Assembly: GCA_022769665.1 (NCBI GenBank)
Contig: JALEIR010000066.1
Coordinates: 3,723-67,722 of the forward strand
From: Lachnospiraceae bacterium
Lineage (GTDB): Bacteria; Bacillota; Clostridia; Lachnospirales; Lachnospiraceae
Length of the DNA stretch: 64,000 nt
Direction: 5' to 3'
Shown here piece after piece: positions 62,051 to 64,000 of this stretch; position 1 is the first letter of the stretch; each line of letters begins with the position of its first letter. The position numbers were made by a program, and so were the translations under genes. Under the pieces are notes generated by a model. The model saw nothing but the letters and a program-made list of their open reading frames with translations. It searched no databases and was not told the origin of the DNA.

Positions 62051-62845
62051 ATCATTTAAAGAATCATCTGAAGCATACAGGCATTCAGGGCCAACTATTC
62101 GTTAAAGGATTTCTTTATCGAACGTCGAGCAAGCGTCCAGTGGACGGTGCGCAGACCGTCGAGAGAGAGTGCAAGCGGCGTTGCCACAGACAGAAAGCTG
62201 AACCGCTCTTCCAAAGTGGAATGAGAGAGCGGGGAAGTAGAAGAAAGCAACGCCGAAGGCGCGAACGAACAGAGTTGATAAAAAGGCGGAATTCACTTCC
62301 GTCTTTTTTGTTATCAACTGTTTGATAAAGCCAACTTTAACGGGCGGACAGCCCTTGAATAGTTTGGCGACTAGGACAGGGGAACAGGTTGGGAGGCGGA
62401 TGCGTAGCGCTTCTGAACCCCTTTAGGGGTGCCTTCCACGGCGGAGCAGAGCCGACCTTCCGGAAGGGGCGGCGGGGGATAAACCGAAAGGGGGAACTCC
62501 CCCTGTGGCAAGATAACCAGATTGGGACATCTGGTATATCTTGTATAGCAGACCAAAAAAACCGAGTAACATATGCGCCCAGCGCGGATGTGTACGAAGT
62601 ACTTGGGGAGCGGCGAAAAATCCCCCCGCGCCCCCCTGCCGCACTGAAACGGTTGAGCTACGCTGCATTCAGCGCTCCTCATCCGATACGCGCTTCATGC
62701 GTTGCCAAGCGGTTGGGCAGATTCAATGCGGTTGTGAGGGGAAGCACTGGCTATCCAGATGGCAGGAAAGCTGAATTGCTGGTAAGCAGGAAGCGCTGAC
62801 AACTGGTCCCCTTCGGGTGTGGAGCTGTGGCTCACTGATTGTGGC

Positions 62846-62973
62846 AAGATATACATCTACATACAGTTGGAAAAAAGTGAGCCAAACATTTGTTTGATGC
62901 AAATCGCACTGACTTCCTTTTCTACTTCGTATGAGAAGATAGACATCTACATACAGTTGGAAAAAAATGAGCC
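62846..62973. repeat. 38-bp imperfect direct repeat x2, 90-bp period
   Basis: AAGATATACATCTACATACAGTTGGAAAAAAGTGAGCC (62846-62883) versus AAGATAGACATCTACATACAGTTGGAAAAAAATGAGCC (62936-62973), 2 mismatches. Confidence 0.9.
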
Positions 62974-63411
62974 TCCTAAAACAACAAGAAAACATACAAA
63001 AAGTATTTATGACGCTTGGCGTCTGTGCAAGGAACTTTCGCGGCATATCCTCACCGCAAGGACAGCGGCTCCGGTATTCCACGATTCCCTTGACAAACAC
63101 CACAGAGGAGCTACGCCGTCTTCGCCGACGGAAGCAAAAAAAAAGCTCGCTTCCTTCGCCTCATCCAGCATAGCACCACTGGCGCTCTGTGAGGATGGCA
63201 GTGCCTGAGAGATGGCACTGGTTAAGGGGTGCTAAAAGCGCACCCCCTAACATCCCCCGCTTGCCTCTGGAAGCAAAAAAAGAAACAAAATTTACACACA
63301 CATGGTTATGTAAATTCGCAGAAATTTGCATAGATATGTATGTGTAATTTTTTGCTTTCAAACGGGCAGAAAAGGGGAACTTTTCCTGTGCGGGGATGGA
63401 GCCCTCCGCAG

Positions 63412-63441
63412 GAGCCCCTCGGGAGAGCCCCTCGGGAGAGC
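63412..63441. repeat. 13-bp tandem repeat
   Basis: GAGCCCCTCGGGA x2 plus GAGC. Confidence 0.85.
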
Positions 63442-63494
63442 GAGCGTATATGGGGGAACTTTCCCCATATACATAGCTCGTATATTACTTTGGG
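63441..63494. other. Candidate oriT inverted repeat upstream of the relaxase
   Basis: CGAGC-GTATATGGGG-GAACTTT-CCCCATATAC-ATA-GCTCG followed by TATATTACTTTGGG, about 110 bp upstream of the relaxase ATG. Confidence 0.45.
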
Positions 63495-63605
63495 AAAACA
63501 GCAACCACCTTTTTCTGTGAATTGAGCATATGAACATAGGCGCGGAGCAAAAAAACAACGCGCGTTGTTCTAACTGGGCTATTCACAAAAAGGAGGAAAA
63601 CAAAA

Positions 63606-64000
63606 ATGAAATGCAATGTACAGAACGGACACGGAACGGCAGGACACAACAACAGGACAGACTACTCAAGCATCACTGCGGAGCACATCGACGCCGAGAG
63701 GACGAAGTACAACGTGACCTTCGTTGACAAGGACGAGCGGGCGGAGTTTGTCGCATGCTTTGACGCTTCCTGCAAGGAGTACGAAAAGTACTGCAGGAAG
63801 AAAGGTTACAAGGACAGAGCAAAGACAGCGGAGGAAATGTATGAGGAGAAGGTAACCAAACACCACAAGAAAGACGGAAGTGAGTATCTGGTGGACAGGT
63901 ACATGCACGAGAGCATTTTTCAGTTCGGGAATGCGGCAGACCTGCCAGCGGAATACCTGTCCGAAGAACAGCGGGAAAAAATAACGAAGGTGTATGAAGC
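63606..64000 (+). CDS. MOBV (Mob/Pre) relaxase / plasmid recombination protein, N-terminal part (3' truncated; not in ORF track)
   Basis: RBS AAGGAGG at 63590-63596. Own translation MKCNVQNGHGTAGHNNRTDYSSITAEHIDAERTKYNVTF...MHESIFQFGN... contains H-N-x-R and ID-x-x-RT-x-x-N, the MOBV motif I pattern. Open to the window end. Confidence 0.75.
   Translation, partial: MKCNVQNGHGTAGHNNRTDYSSITAEHIDAERTKYNVTFVDKDERAEFVACFDASCKEYEKYCRKKGYKDRAKTAEEMYEEKVTKHHKKDGSEYLVDRYMHESIFQFGNAADLPAEYLSEEQREKITKVYE

Larger units (their letters stand above)
62090..64000. mobile_element. One end of a probable integrative mobilizable element or integrated plasmid (continues beyond window)
   Basis: Sharp GC rise (sampled lines ~63-67% versus ~33% in a sampled flotillin line), dense hairpins and repeats, a MOBV relaxase with distinct codon usage. 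No integrase or att site is visible. Confidence 0.65.

Noticed and set aside
62160-62310. Possible T-box riboswitch (AG-rich run, GCTGAA, downstream terminator)
   Set aside because: No T-box consensus (UGGnACC-GCG) or antiterminator, and no amino-acid gene downstream.
62846-62973. Calling the 38-bp repeats a CRISPR array
   Set aside because: Only two repeats, a 52-bp spacer, no cas genes, no leader and no typical GAAA(C/G/T) end. Kept only as a repeat finding.
62029-63727. ORF-track ORFs in the terminal region (e.g. 62389-62799, 62819-63208, 63530-63727)
   Set aside because: No RBS and no recognisable domains, with compositions typical of GC-rich non-coding DNA. The duplicated peptide in 62819-63208 only reflects the 90-bp DNA repeat, and 63530-63727 is an off-frame shadow of the relaxase.

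Overview
This is a 64-kb chromosomal segment of a low-GC Firmicute, most consistent with a Lachnospiraceae-like Clostridium, and almost all of it is coded on the + strand. About 62 kb is ordinary housekeeping content: the tail of an ABC-2 exporter; a TetR-GH2-MelB-GH36 galactoside operon; an OmpR-type two-component system with an unknown membrane partner; pepT; miaB, mutS-mutL-miaA; radC-mreBCD-pbp2-minCDE-rodA-mgsA-dac; yggS-sepF-aroB-lspA-rluA; rplU-prp-rpmA-obgE-yhbY-nadD-yqeK-rsfS; a liv ABC transporter; divergent lexA/yneA with SOS boxes; a Xer-like recombinase; ttcA; an AI-2E transporter; dtd; and flotillin. The main oddities in this core region are a phosphoesterase fused in frame to a PrdX/YbaK tRNA-editing domain, a frameshifted P-loop pseudogene after miaA, and a G-to-V change in the LivF ABC signature. 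The last ~2 kb is different. About 1.5 kb of ORF-poor, GC-rich sequence folds by inspection into several closed multibranch domains and carries many GNA mini-hairpins, two copies of a HUH-nick-like motif, a 38-bp direct repeat and tandem repeats. It is followed by a MOBV (Mob/Pre) relaxase ORF that is missing from the ORF track because it runs off the window. This looks like one end of a mobilizable element with an unusually elaborate cis-acting locus. All structures were deduced by eye; no folding or database searches were run.
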